64,000 nt of DNA. Origin: Flaccisagitta enflata. Lineage: Eukaryota. The stretch is from contig OZ231126.1 of assembly GCA_965153355.1 (NCBI GenBank), forward strand, positions 35,960,001-36,024,000, in the 5' to 3' direction. Made by a program: the position numbers and the translations under genes. Under the pieces are notes generated by a model. That model was not told the origin of the DNA, did no database searches, and saw only the letters and a list, made by a program, of their open reading frames with translations. Every line of letters begins with the position of its first letter. Position 1 is the first letter of the stretch. Positions 48,240 to 61,235 of the stretch are shown here, piece after piece.

Positions 48240-49221
48240 AGCAGACCAGCTGTCATCAGACCATTTTAGAGGATGAATCTTAAGAATATAAAATAAAATC
48301 TGTATGTTCTAGCAGATCAGCATCAGACCAGTTTAGCTTTTTTTGAATCAAAGCTAGATCCAGAAATAAAATCATCAGACCACCATCAGACCACTAATAA
48401 CCTCATTGTGGTTCAATCTCAAAACAAAATCATCAGACCACCATCAGGCCAGCCCTATATCCCTCTAGAAGAGGTTCAACCTCCAAATAAAATCATCAGA
48501 CCACCATCAGACCAGCCTTATATCCCTCTGGGAGAGGTTCAACCTCAAAATAAAATCATCAGACCACCATCAGACCAGGCAGTTATGATTGTATAAAGGT
48601 TCCAAGCTCAAAAATAAATCATCAGACCACCATCAGACCAGCCACTATATCCCTCTAGAACAGGTTCAACCTCAAATAAAAATCGTAGACCACGCCCGTC
48701 AGATAGCCTTATATCCCTCTATAAGAGATTCAACCTAAAAAAAAATCATCAGACCACCATCAGACCAGCAGTTATCGTTATATAGAGGTTCAACCTCAAA
48801 AAATAGAATCATCAGACCACCATCAGACCAGCCATATCCTCACAGGAGAGTTCTAACCTCAAAAAATAAAATCATCAGACACCCATCCAGACAGCCCTAT
48901 ATCCCTCTGAAAGTTCAACCTCAAAATAAAATCATCAGACCAGCATCAGAATAGCCTTATATCCCTCTAGGAAAGGTTCCACCTGAAAATCGAATCATCA
49001 GACCACCGTCAGATAAGGCAGTTATTATTGTATAAGAGGTTTAACCCCAAAATAAAATCATCAGACCACCATCAGACCAGCCTTATATCCTCACAAAGGG
49101 AAGTTCCACCTCAAAAAATAAATCATCAGACCACCATCAGACCAGAAAGTTATCATTATATAAGAGGTTCAACACTCAAAATAAAATCATCAGACCACCC
49201 CATCAGACCGGCCTTATATCC
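48240..49221. repeat. ~62-bp minisatellite running into the assembly gap
   Basis: Repeated aaataaaatcatcagaccaccatcagaccag..tatatccctct..aggttcaacctc. Confidence 0.92.
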
Positions 49222-49231
49222 NNNNNNNNNN
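49222..49231. other. Assembly gap (10 N)
   Basis: Run of N between the minisatellite and the 5' LTR. Confidence 1.
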
Positions 49232-50082
49232 AGGTGCAGCTTTTCCTCTTTTTCTTATTATTCAATATAAATTGTCTTTTGTTTCTCGCCATTTCTTATA
49301 ATGAAGGCTAGATGAGTAACCATATGGTTGCGCTTGTATTTTTATGCCATTTGTTTTTATTACGTAAACAAACATACGTAACTCGTCTTCGTGTCATTCA
49401 ATTTTGGATTGATTGTTTTTATTTATTTACGGCATTGCTTCCTAAAGTGATTGATTGATTTTTGTGATTGATTGAATGTGCCCTTGGAATTCACTAATTT
49501 CAATAATCTCTCATCTTTTTATTGCAGATAGACTTGTGAACGGACAATTTACGTTAGTTTGACATCGACAGACTGTGGGTTGAAACCAGCAGTGGGCCTA
49601 AAAGTAGTTTTGAAACGCGTCTTGGTTTTAATGTGTTGTTTTTATCTTCATTCATTCCGGTCTGTTATTCTTGTTTTTGCGTTTTTGCATTTTTATCGCC
49701 GGATTTTAGTATGGTTTTATCGTTTGCCCGATCAGCTAACTATGGGGATGATATGGATGAATTTAATGGGATGGGCCGGGGCAGGGGCAGGTATTATCAA
49801 AATAATATGGGCTCTGAAGAAGATGAACATGTTGTTATGTGCTATTTCTGTCGCTGACCCATTGTCTGTCTCGATTTCATGTTATCTTTTGCGTTTGCTG
49901 ATCACCATTAACGCCCACTTTCCCTTTATTTTATCCCCTCTCTTCAGTTGTTGAAATTTTTATGGAATAAACGAGACGATCGCCTTCCTGTTTTCCAATC
50001 GGCTAACTTTCTTTCACCACAAGTCATCAGTCAGATAGGCGCTCATAGACAGTGCCAGTTGAAACTCGTGAAGTAATTTACA
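49232..50082 (+). repeat. 5' LTR (5'-truncated by gap)
   Basis: Aligns by eye to ~61450-62305 and ends ...gtaatttaCA, which is inverted-complementary to the TGTAA start of the 3' LTR. Confidence 0.9.
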
Positions 50083-50149
50083 TGTTTCAACAATTTAAAA
50101 AAACGACTGGAAGCTCTTTTCATCTTCGACCTCCGCAGGGATTTGGACA

Positions 50150-52750
50150 ATGGCGCGCGTAGCACGACGACACCGTCTCGACTGCTTCACGTCATCTCGT
50201 GTATCTCACTTCGGTTTGAATCAGTGTCCGAGGTCGGATCGTTTGCGCGCAATGAGGAACGACATCACGGCGGAGATGGAAGGATGCCGGCGCCTTTTCG
50301 ACGCCGTTGCTTGCGCCGGAAAGGCGAATGATTCGGCGACGCCGCATGTAGTCAGATGGCGCTACGACACGGCCTTCGGGATATGGTCTACGACTTCATA
50401 TCATACGCAAGGCAAATGGCGCTCGACTCAATGCCAGTCGACCCTCTTCGATTCGCAGCATCCACTCTGCGTAGATCCCGGCGCGAATGGAACTCCATGC
50501 GTTTCTTCGATCGTGAGAACTATCCAGAGGGTTTTCCTTCCAACGCCGACATCGTGAACGCAATGCACAACGATCGGGAATCGTAAAAGACCCGTCAATG
50601 AATTCTCATGAGACAGTCTCCCAACTGACACTCATGCCGCCCGTGACAATATTACTGGCGCTCCAACACCCAGGATGCGGACGTCTTCGCCAAACCCCGA
50701 CGGATCCGAGTATCTGCCACTTCCAATCCCTCGACATGATGCGCAATCTCCAACTGGCGGCCAATTTTTAGATCTGCCGCCGATTCAAAGAGGAGATGCC
50801 GTCAATCAGTGGGTTTCAGATTTGGTATCGGAAATCGAACCTGCGCGTGCGTCTCCGATGGAGCAGGCCGACGACATGCTCTTGCGGATCTCGGCAGCCT
50901 TCGATGCTCTGCAGAAGTGCCGGGATCATCAACGGACTGGCGCGCAGGAAGGGGCGGGCGACGCTTCGTCAGCAGGAGTGCGGAGAGAGACAGATGGGGT
51001 AGGCAGCTGGAGGAAGAAGTACGACAAGAGCTGTACGGCTGATAAATGATTTGCAGCGCTTGGCGCAGCGGAGGGCAGCGACAGCAACGGGTGGCAACAA
51101 CGGCAGCATCAATTGCAGATGCAGCGGCAACAACTCCAACAGCAGCGATCAACTCCTGCGCGACCGCAAGAGCAGCGGCAAGCGACAGCTCGCGACAGCG
51201 GCAAGGCTGTTGCATGGCGGCAGTTGCAACAACTCCAACAATTTCGTCAACAAGACCAGCAACAGCGTCAGATCCTGCGGCGGGCGCCCACAGCCTGTGG
51301 TTCAAGCAGCAGCGGCAACACGGCGACAGCAGCAACAACAACAGCAACAACAACCGCGCCTGCCAACAGCATCGGCGGTAGCATGGCCACAAGAACAACA
51401 TAACAACAGCGGCAAAATAATGCAGAAGTATGCAACAGCAACTGCAGCAACAACAGCCTAGCCCCGCGATCCCAGCGGTGGTAGTGGATCCTCCAGCGCT
51501 AAATAACCATCCTGTCGAAAGCATGAATGTCAGTGAAGAAACAGAAGAAGCGAGACAGCAACGCCTTGCAGAACAACGACTGCGCATGATGGCTGAAGGT
51601 GAAGGTGGTGGTGCAGCAGCAGCTCCAAAGGCGCCGATCGCGGTGCCATTGGGATTCCAACAGCGAAGCTCATCACAAGAAGACAAAGAGTTATACGACA
51701 GAATGTGCGACTTTAAATAGCAGCAACAGCGAGATGAAGATAAGAAGGGCAGGAGTATTCAACAATGCCAGGCAGAGATGCAACGAAAGCACTGGAATAG
51801 CCTGAACGACGGCGGCATTGGTGGGGCTTTAGAGCAGCGAGATGTGAAGCTTAGACAACTGTCTGAGCTGGACAAACAGCAGCCGCAGCATCCGTCAAAA
51901 GACCGTCGATCTATCTTCTTGCAGCAACATCATGTGCAGCCAGTGGAAACGTCCGTCAAGCAGCCGATGCAGCAGCAGCAACAGGTGGAGCAGCAGCAGC
52001 AGCAAGGACAGCGACAGCATCAACTGCAGCAGCAGAATGAGCAGCAACAGCATCCTGACCAGCAGCAGCGGCTCCAGCATCAACAGTGGCAGCAGCAACG
52101 GTTTCAACTTAGCAGCAACAGCATCAGGATCAGCATCACCAAACCCCAGCAGCAGCGATTCTTTCTACGCACGGAAGTGATCTTGAAGCGATTGGTTCTG
52201 CTAGAAGGGCAACCCGTCAAGAGGAAAGGTCTTCAACACAGCCGGAGACGGAGGTGATGCAGCGGAGCGTGCGCAGGAGGCAGAGGCAGGAGGCCGCTGA
52301 CGCGAAGTTGGCACAGCAGCTGCAGGATAAGGAGAGAAGAAAAGTCGCTCCAAAGAAGACAATGAGTGGATTGCAGCCGAAGGCGCCAAAAGTAGCGCAA
52401 GCGCCTCTGGCAATGCCTCAAGCGGAAGTCATCCAGCAGAATCAACGTTTGCGGCCAAGTGGATAGTTTGAGATGCAGATTCAGCGAGGCTTTGACCTTG
52501 CCGCAGCGAGAGAAGAAGAGAAACAACGCAAAGAACAACAAAGCGGCAGTGCTTCCTTAAGATTTTGATGCTCCCCGATTCCATCAAGATGATCGTCAAC
52601 AACAAATGAATCAGCAGGAAGAAGTTGGGTGGAGTGTGAAAACGACCAAAAAGAGATCTCCGGTCAGGGTCAGGGGTCAATACGCGTTCATCCAACAAGC
52701 CCCAGCGTATCATCAAAGTGGGTTCTTAGAGAAGGGCGGCGTACAACGAT
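50150..52750 (+). pseudogene. Long low-complexity, Gln/Ala-rich coding-like region upstream of the Gag core (probable Gag N-terminal extension)
   Basis: GC-rich, with overlapping ORF fragments and CAG/CAA-rich runs between the 5' LTR and the Gag core; no recognised domain. Confidence 0.5.
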
Positions 52751-52753
52751 CAT

Positions 52754-53700
52754 ATGCGAGCAAGGGAGGTCGGCCTCAAAGCGTTGGAGAGAGCAAGACC
52801 TGAGAAGCCTCTGCATGAGCTTTCATCCACCGATTTCATGATGTGGAAGAGGAAGTTCAAAGATGCTGAAAAGCATGAAGGCTTGACGCAAATGGACATT
52901 TTATTGGAATTGCCTAAGTGGTTTGCTGGTCGGGCAAAAGAGATCGCCGAAACTGCGGCGATTGGTGCAACTGAAGCGACAGCAAGAAAAGAGATTGTGA
53001 CGCCTTCGCAAAAATGGGCGTCGTCTTCGCGCTGAGCGCTGCAACATTGCGCGTGTTCAGCACTGAATCGTCGCGGAGGCGAAGAGTCAGTCGGCCGACC
53101 ATGCAAGGCATTTCAATTTGTCTGCAAGGTTGCAAAAGGCAAAGAAGATTGCGAAGACCTGTGAAGTACTAGCAATGCTATCGTGACGAGTTGCTGCAAG
53201 AGGAATCCTCAGCAAGAGGGTTTATCTCATCTTACAGATAAATTTTACGGGAAGAAGCAACATGAAACTGGCCCAAAAGGACAATCATTTTCATTCGACA
53301 ACTTGGTCAACATGATTGAAACATGGGCGGTGATTCAGCGCAATAAAGGTGCAAGCTGCAAAACAGCATCAGTGGCAGCAGTTGCAACGACAGAAAAAGA
53401 GGCGCCATCATCATATGAGGATGCTTTGACCAATGGCAAGCAAAAGGTGCAGTCGACGGACCGCTGCAACGTCTGCAGTGGAATGCATCAAACAGAAGAG
53501 TGTCATCAGTTGTTAGAGTTGGAAGTGGACGCGAGAGTTCAGAAGATCATGTCTCGTCGTCTCTGCTTCCACTGCCTCGCAAGGACACAGCGCCAAAGGA
53601 TGCGGGTGGATAACTTGCCAGATCTGCCAAACGCACAACGATTCTCCACGGCGCACCTACAAAGAAGAAGAAAAAGAAGAGAAGAAAGAGAATAAGCAGG
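52754..53700 (+). pseudogene. gag: BEL/Pao Gag core with three Cys/His knuckles (frameshifted)
   Basis: CNVCSGMHQTEEC, then CFHCLA/GHSAKGC and CQICQ..H..TILHG read across frameshifts; a triple knuckle is typical of BEL/Pao Gag. Confidence 0.85.
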
Positions 53701-53869
53701 GGAAAATAAAGTACCGCTGGCTCCCTTCAACAAGTCAGAGGATGCGGCTGCAGTAGCACCAACAGCTCCGTCGACGGCGGAGGCAGCCAATCCTACGGAA
53801 GTGATCTCTTCTAACGTCACGGCATGACTGGCGGCGTGGCAGCGTCATGATCGTCTTCATTCGACGGCG

Positions 53870-54340
53870 TTGTCGTCCGATTGTTCAGTGACTATCATAA
53901 ACAATTCTTCGGGTGCGCAGAGGGCGATATACGCCTTGATCGACTCAGGCGCTGATCGCGACGTGATCAGTACCAATGTCATTCGCAGTCTTCTGATTCC
54001 AACAAAAACAGTGCAAATGGCGGTGATTACTGTGGGAAATCGTGTTGTTGAGGATCGTTTCATCCATCATTTACCATGCAATCGGTCGACGAGGAATATG
54101 TCGTCGACGTCAACGACGCATTGGTGGGTGATTTGTTAACGAGTGAACGCGACATTCCTCCTTTTCTCCGCGACCTATCCGACCAACCTCACATCGGAGA
54201 CATAAAATTTCCAGAAGCAGAAGGCGGTGTGATGATGATCATCGGAGCGGCGCATGCGGATGCCGCCGTCGCTCAGGAAATCCGCCGAGGGCCTTCAGGA
54301 TCTTTGACTTGCTTCAGATGTTTATTCGGTTGGACTGTAT
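53870..54340 (+). pseudogene. pol: Aspartic protease domain of pol
   Basis: YALIDSGADRDVIS active-site motif, followed by MIIGA and CLFGWTVCG in the next frame. Confidence 0.85.
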
Positions 54341-54599
54341 GTGGAAAAACGGGGAAGAGGGGGCGAGATTTTGCATCAATCAACGCTGTCGCAACGGATG
54401 ATCGCGTCCTCAACGACAGCATCGATCGCATCCTCGATAATCGCGTCCTCAACAGCAACATTGACCGCATTTTCTACCATGACTTTGCATCATCAATCGT
54501 CTCGCAAGAGGAGATGGGCGATTCCCTAGAGAATATCAGAGCGTGCAAAACGTTAGAGGAAAAGATATATTTTTGCCCAATTGTGAAAAAATATTTTGC

Positions 54600-55700
54600 T
54601 CCCGTCACATGGAAATTTCATCGCGAAAAAATCATGGAAATTCTGAGAAGAGTGAAGTCACGACCTACTGCGATGAAGCGGCTCGGCAACCAACGTTTCC
54701 GCTTCAAGCGTGATCCAGCCTTCAAAGAAAGAGTCTTCCGTGAGATCGAGAAATTTTACGAGACGGGAGTGGCGATTGAGATTGACAGCGTCGACGATGA
54801 CGACAGCATTGAGAAGCCGCGCTGGTACTTACCACTTCACATTGTGGAGTTGCGCGGAAAAACGCGCGTATGCCACGATGCGCGTGCGGCGACCGACGGG
54901 ATCTCACTCAATGATTTGCTCGTCGGAGGCCCAAACTTGATGAATAGCTTGATGGACATCCTCATGCGTTTTCGTCAGTGGAAAATCGCCTTATGTGTGA
55001 TATAAAGGCGTTTTTCCACAACGCGTCCATCCTGACGACGCTGATTTGTTCAGATTCTTTAGTTTAAAGACCGTACTCTACGAAGCAATTTTGAATCTGT
55101 TCTTATCACACGTCTTGGCAGCCAATCCAGCTCATTCGTCACATCTTTCACCGTCAGGAAGCATGCTGAAGTAATCCGGCCCAAGTATCCCTACAACGTC
55201 TACGATCTTATTCGCTACGGCTTCTACGTCGACGACGGAAGTGGGGGTGGGGATTCGGTCGACGAAGCACTGCAGTTGAAGGTGGATTCAGTGGCGGCGA
55301 TGGCTGAAGGCGGGATGGATCTTGTGAAGTGGAAAAGCAACGCGCGGCAATTGATGGATGGAGATCCGAACGTGCCAATTCCCATCTCAGATAAGCAAGA
55401 TGATGCTCCGACGAAGGTGTTGGGCGTCTCATGGCTTCCGGCGGAAGACGTCTTCATCTTCATCTGCGACGAGGAATTCAAAACTCTTAGAGCAAAAACA
55501 CCTCGTCAATTGGTCTCCATGCAAGCCAAACTTTATGATCCATTGGGATTTTGGAGTCCAAGCGCATACATCGGCAGACGACATCTTCAACTCTGTCGTC
55601 CACAGGAAGTGGGATGGGATTCGCCCTTGGAAGAGAGCGTCGAGGAATCCTTCTTCCGCTACACTTCATCTTGGCCTCTTCTACAACAATACCGACTGAC
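54600..55700 (+). pseudogene. pol: Reverse transcriptase domain of pol (frameshifted)
   Basis: WYLPLH, KTRVCHDA, SLNDLLVGGPNL, LMRFR, IKAFFH, FYVDD (YVDD at 55225-55236), KVLGVSW, YDPLG: Pao-type RT motifs. Confidence 0.92.
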
Positions 55701-55739
55701 GCTGGTGGAATGGCGGCGTCGACAACAGCGACATTGCAG

Positions 55740-56250
55740 AAGTCACAATCGAGTTCTTTTGCGATGCGGCTCCAAAAGGCGGATATGGAGCAGTTGCATA
55801 TCGACGTCAAGTCAATCGAGATGGAGATGTTCACATTTCATTCCTTGCCTCCAAATCTCACGTCATCCCACTCAATCCAAAACGTGCTTCTCATCATAAC
55901 AGCGTTCCACGAGTCGAGATTGTATCCGCAGAAAAAGCAGTGCAGCTCAAACGCTTTGTCGGAAGGACCATCGACTTGGACAATCTTGTCGTCAGATTTT
56001 GGTCTGATTCTGAATCTGCACTGAAGATGATTTACAATCCGGCAAAACCGAGGCCTGTATTCTTCGCCAATCGTCTCTCCAAGATCCATAGTGGGTCTGA
56101 TCCACAGCAGTGGCGCTGGGTTGACTCGTCAAACAACCCAGCTGACCACTGCAGCCGTGGCATCCAGGCCCATGAAGCCGAAAAATGGCGTCAATTCCAT
56201 CACGGTCCTGCATTTTTGCGTCTTCCCGAAGATCAATGGCCAAAGACGAA
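55740..56250 (+). pseudogene. pol: Pao-type RNase H domain
   Basis: FFCDAA..GYGAVAY, ASKSHVIP, VPRVEI, FWSDSESAL, VFFANRLSKI, WRWVDSSNNPADHCSRG. Confidence 0.9.
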
Positions 56251-56599
56251 CATCGCGACGTGCCCTATTTCTGCACAAGTCGCCGCTCTGTATGTGGCTG
56301 AAAGTGAAAAGAAACAAGTGGCTGACGCGATACTTCTTGCAGCAGCTTCTCGGGGAAAATGGATGCATAAGTTGCGGATCATCGGCATGGTTCTCATCGC
56401 AGTCAAAAGGTGGAGAGCGTATCCAAGGGCGAAGACACGAGCAGCAAAGGATCTCCTTCCTAAACCGGAAGTGACGCAAGACGTTTTGGAGGAGGCGCGC
56501 AAACAGCTCGTCAAGTCAATGCAGCGGCATCATTATTCCGACGTCTTCGAACAATTGGAGTTGGGAAAAGTCTTTAAACCAGAAAGCCGTCATGACTTT

Positions 56600-57852
56600 A
56601 TCATAAAAAACAAGGAGATGCGGAAGTTGAATCCCTTCGTCGACGACGACGGTATCCTTCGCGTCGGCAGCCGATTGGAAAATGCCGACATCGCACATGA
56701 CGCTAAATTTCCCTTCATCCTGCCGCCAAAAAAAGACGAGAATGTGAAATCATTAATTCGCCATCATCATCAAATGATTTTCACGCGGTGCAAAGCATAC
56801 ATTGTGCCAATTACGCCAATTTGTGTGGATTACAAAAGGTCTTCAGGCTGTCAAGAGCGTCGTCAACACGTGCTTCAGATGCCAGAAGAACTTCAAAAAG
56901 AACGCAAATCAGCAAATGGCCAATCTTCCATCAAATCGCGTCAATCCTGCGCCTGTTTTTGCAGAGACTGGATTGGACGTCATGGGGCATTTCCTCGTCA
57001 AAATGAACGGACGTGCTGATCACAAGGTGTGGATCGCAGTGTTCACCTGTTTCGTGTCACGTGCCGTCCATGTGGAATTGCTCTTCAACATGTCAGCCGA
57101 TGCGATGGTAAATGCAATCATCCGCTTTGCAGCAAGGCGCCCAGGAATCCGCCGTTTCACTGGACTGTGGAACGAATCTAGTTGGCGCCAACAATATCCT
57201 CAAGAAGGAAATGGAAGCTTGGAACCGCTCGTCAACTCCCGGATAGGCGGCGCGGCGCGGTGGGATTTCATCACGCCGAGAACACCCCACTATGGAGGGG
57301 TGTGGAGAGAATCGTCGGTCTCTTCAAGCGCCATCTTGCTTCCATTTCGACTGGCGCCATCCTCCACGTCGACGCCTTCAACACTGCTGTCGTCGAAGTT
57401 GAAGGAATTCTCAATCGCCGTCCTCTGACAGCGCTCAGCGATGATCCAAATGACTCTGAGGCCCTCACACCGAATCATATCCTCAATCCATCAACATCCG
57501 GTCACGCCCCTCTGGATCTGGTGCAACAAGGCGTCAACTCTGACGCTGACTCCATGAATTCAATGGACGCGCACAATCGCGTGTGGATGCGTTTTGGAAA
57601 TCATGGAGGGTCGAATACTTGTCGCTTCTTCATGCGCGAAGCAAATGGTCGAGATCCGAGAGAGACTTTGCGGTCGATGACATGGTCATCGTCATGGACG
57701 AAACGCTGCCTCGTCACAATTGGAGTTTAGGACGCGTCATGGGTGTCGAAGGATCATCAGCTCATGTCCGGAGGGCTCATGTTCGACGCCAAGATGGAAA
57801 GATCGTGACGAAAGACCGCACAAAGCTTGTGCGGCTGGAATTGGACTCATAA
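56600..57852 (+). pseudogene. pol: Integrase domain (HHCC + DDE), frameshifted
   Basis: LNPFVDDDGILRVGSRL, CFRC, TGLDVMG, RAVHVEL, DCGTNLVG, PHYGGVWERIVG, LNRRPL, LTPNHIL, WSLGRV; stop at 57850-57852. Confidence 0.92.
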
Positions 57853-58203
57853 AAAACGCTAAGTTTTGAGAGAGAGAGAAAAAGGCGCATGGGCCTGTCC
57901 ATTAGTAACTATAGATATGAGTGATTGAGACTCTGACTTGTTATATTTACAAAGAGTTGTTATTATTCATATTTGGTTCTGATTATCCATGCTTTCATCT
58001 TTCCTCTTGTCAATTATGTTGTCCATTTCCACTTACACATTAAAAACACTGATTCATTCGCTCTGTCTATATGTACATATTATTGTGCCAAAATCCGTTC
58101 TTACCATTATCAGTTCTCAAACGAACATTTCAAAGCTTCCGCTGACGACGTCATTCCATCTACGAAGTCAGTTCGCATCTTGAAGTCGCTCGTCGGAGTC
58201 AAG

Positions 58204-60326
58204 ATGTCCCGTCAGCAGCGTCTCGAGGCAGAAGCCGACGTGTCGACGTCGTACGGATCCTTGGATCTCCATCGGCTCTTCAGCGACGGCTCTACTCGAG
58301 AAGGATCTGCATCCACGACGTCGTTCGGGGCGGAGGAGGAGGCTGTCGCGCTTGCAGCCTTCAATGGCGACCTTCGTTCCGTCGTTGACGCAAAAATGGC
58401 GAATAAAAAGCGTCAACAAGATGATGCGTTGGAAAAACGTCAACAGCCATCCAACGCCGTTGATCCCGCGTCGCTTCCTCCATTGGTGGTCATCAAGGAT
58501 GGAGGTTCGAGGCGGATCTCGATCAATCGGTCGTCGACGGATTTATCCACCACTTCCGCGACGGCGTCATCATCATCGGATTTGCCCCCATCGCCTCGCC
58601 AATTTTGTCTTGATTTCGGTCGCCCAGCGTCTCGTCATCAAGCGTCTGCAGCTGCAAGTCAACGCAGCGGGGGCGAAGAGAGAGAGAGATCGGTCAATGA
58701 TGGAGCAAGAGTGGAGGAGGAGGGGATGGAGACAGAGGAGGAGGTGCCGGTGAATGGGGAGGTGGTGGAGAAAGACATTGACCCGGAAGTGGACACTGCG
58801 GGAAGAGAAACGCCAACGGATGCAGGCACGTTGGTGGTATCGTATCATCAGTCCGGACGTCGGAGTATCTCTCCTCTTCAAAGAGTTTGAAAAACTTTCA
58901 GTGTGCTGCAACAAACAAACTCTCATGCGCTCATCGGCTAATCAAACAGAGCTTGGCTCGGAGACTCTGGAGCGCAAAATCCAAAGCAACAAAAGAAGGA
59001 GGGAGCATGATAAGGAGGTTCGTCGCATGGTCCAGGCGACGAAGAGGAAGGATGCGACTCCGAAGCCTCCTGCTGCAGCTGCAACTTCATCTGCAGCAAC
59101 TTCCGTCGGCGCTTCCGCAACTCCACCGGCGGTATTTGTGCTCGACGCAGCCGCAGCTACATCAGCGGCAATTCATACCACAGCAGCAGGAAGTCGTCAA
59201 CCGCGCCCTGGATTGGTTCATCCCCCAAATCAGCAGCAACAGGGTCCTCGTGACGTCACTCCCTCACAACCATCGAAGAGATCAAGACGGGGAAAGACTC
59301 CACAAAAGCGCAATGTGCCGAGTCAACAAAAAGGGCCAGATTCCAAAAGCAAAGGCCCTCTTCAAGCGCCTCCAGGCGCGCCCACTGCAGCAGCAACGCC
59401 CAAAGGCCAAGGAGAAGCTTCAGGTGGTTCGTCGACGGCAACGTCAGCAGCAACCCAGAAGCTGAATCAGGCGCCTGGGGCAGCAGCAGCAAAAGGGAAG
59501 AAGACCAAGAGAGCTGGAAGAAAGCACAAAGCAGCAACCAAGGGAGGTTCTACTTGCGGTGCTTCGGCGTCCGCTGTTCAACCTCAAGTCTCTGGTCAGC
59601 AGACGAGAGCGTCTTCCTTTCACTCGCAGCCGTCAAAAGCAGCGGTAGGAAGCGAACTAGTTGGCGGTGCATTAGCATCTGTTAAAGCTGGTGTAGCGCC
59701 TCGTCAGCAAACAGAGTCTGCCCAAGGTTTGCAGCAAGTGCAAAATCCGCCTCCCCCGTCGGATCCAGCCTTTGATCCTGCGCATGGACACCACATCGCC
59801 GAGTCATTGCTACGGGAAGCCTCTTCACTTACCTCAAATGCTCCATTGGGTGTGGTGAAGAATTTAGCATCACGGCTTCCAAAAAACTTCTTCGCGTCGC
59901 TCAATCCGCGTCAACGAGTTGAAGCGGCTCGTCAAGTCTTAGACAGGAAATTGAGTCGCAATATCCAAAGGAGACGATGCTCGTCAGGCAGCAATGGCTG
60001 CGGACAATGAGGTGGTCAAAGGCAATAAGCGAGTCGTGGAACTGGAGAAGCAGCTTGAAAAGGAGAAGCAGGCCTGTGCGATGAAGGCTAAGAAGAAAGA
60101 GGAAGCTGTGGAACGCGCGAAGGCGGCTATGGCCGTGGACTTCACAACAGCGTCGGCCGTGCGTCCTAAATTTCGACTGGCGCCGAATTGCGATGCAGCA
60201 TCTCCACCTTCAGCATCTTCTCCTGCACAAAAAGACGGTCAGCAGATCCTGTCGCAAAAAGACGCTCCCAAGCCTGGAAATAAGAAAAATCGAACCAGGC
60301 CTTGGAAAAATCAGACCGCCAGTTAA
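58204..60326 (+). CDS. Extra post-integrase ORF(s) of unknown function inside the retrotransposon (frameshifted; low-complexity, basic, coiled-coil-like)
   Basis: ATG at 58204 (MSRQQRLEAEAD...). Three overlapping sense ORFs (to 58890, 58754-60010, 59994-60326) form a continuous GC-rich block set off from pol by an AT-rich spacer. No signal peptide or TM helix is visible. Confidence 0.6.
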
Positions 60327-61221
60327 ATACTGATTGGTGCCACGCCCAGTTGCTGTTCAACTTAACTACCAATTTGCAACATGGCGTGGAGAGCGCCACC
60401 ATTCGCTGAGGATCGTCTTCCACCATCACATCCTCATCCCATCGATGGACAGGCCGGCAATGTCGGGGGCGCAACCCGGGGCGTGGGAATGACGTCCGCC
60501 CCGGGGCCTGGCGAAAAACGCCCGCGTAAGTATCATGGTTTGGGAAGGGTTGAGGTTGAGTTTTTGTGGTAAATTGAATCTGTGTACGATAAGAACTTTA
60601 CTAATCAATCTGCCCCTATTCTTTCTCTTTCTTTGTCTTCCCCTTGGGGAGGATACATTCTCAGACGGCTGCACCACCTGCGCCTTTCGATGCGGTCGCC
60701 GTTGACGACTTCATTCATCGCCTTTCGCCCACGGATTGACGAGGTGTTGGAGCCCCGGAATGACCCGCTCGTCTCTGTAATGGAGAAGGCGCAGGTGATG
60801 TGGTCGTTCCATGATGCTTACTAATTTTTTTTGCTTTACAGATTCGTTTTTACATATAGTTAGTAATTTATTTAATTTTGTCTTGTTTTGTTTGGTTCCT
60901 TGGAACATGTACATTTTTGTTGTGTTTGTTTTAGACATGGTCTTTTTAGTCATTATTACGAATACTTTCGTATGACATGTTTTTAGTAGTATGCCCCTAC
61001 TTATTATTTTCCACTCTCAAGTCAAATCCCAGGCTTGGAGTGCTCCAAGGCCCGTTCCCCCTTCCCCCCCCCCTTTCCCCTTAACTTTTACAGAACGGGT
61101 GCCTCAACCTCCTCGTCGCCGCCTCGTTTCCATCCGCGTCATCGTTGATCGTTGAAAATTTGCTGGTGGTGGATCCTTTCCGGACGGGAATCATCATTCG
61201 TGCAGTCGTCGATCTGTTGAT

Positions 61222-61235
61222 AGTTAGGGTGGGGA
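61222..61235 (+). promoter_or_regulatory. Polypurine tract (plus-strand primer site)
   Basis: agttagggtgggga lies immediately 5' of the 3' LTR TGT. Confidence 0.7.

Noticed and set aside
48240-49221. CRISPR-like array with atcatcagaccaccatcagacc repeat
   Set aside because: Intervening segments are themselves homologous; an ordinary minisatellite.
50802-51686. 294-aa antisense ORF in the retrotransposon
   Set aside because: Shadow of the GC-rich, CAG-rich sense sequence.
58204-60326. env gene call
   Set aside because: No signal peptide, transmembrane anchor or Cys-rich ectodomain is visible.
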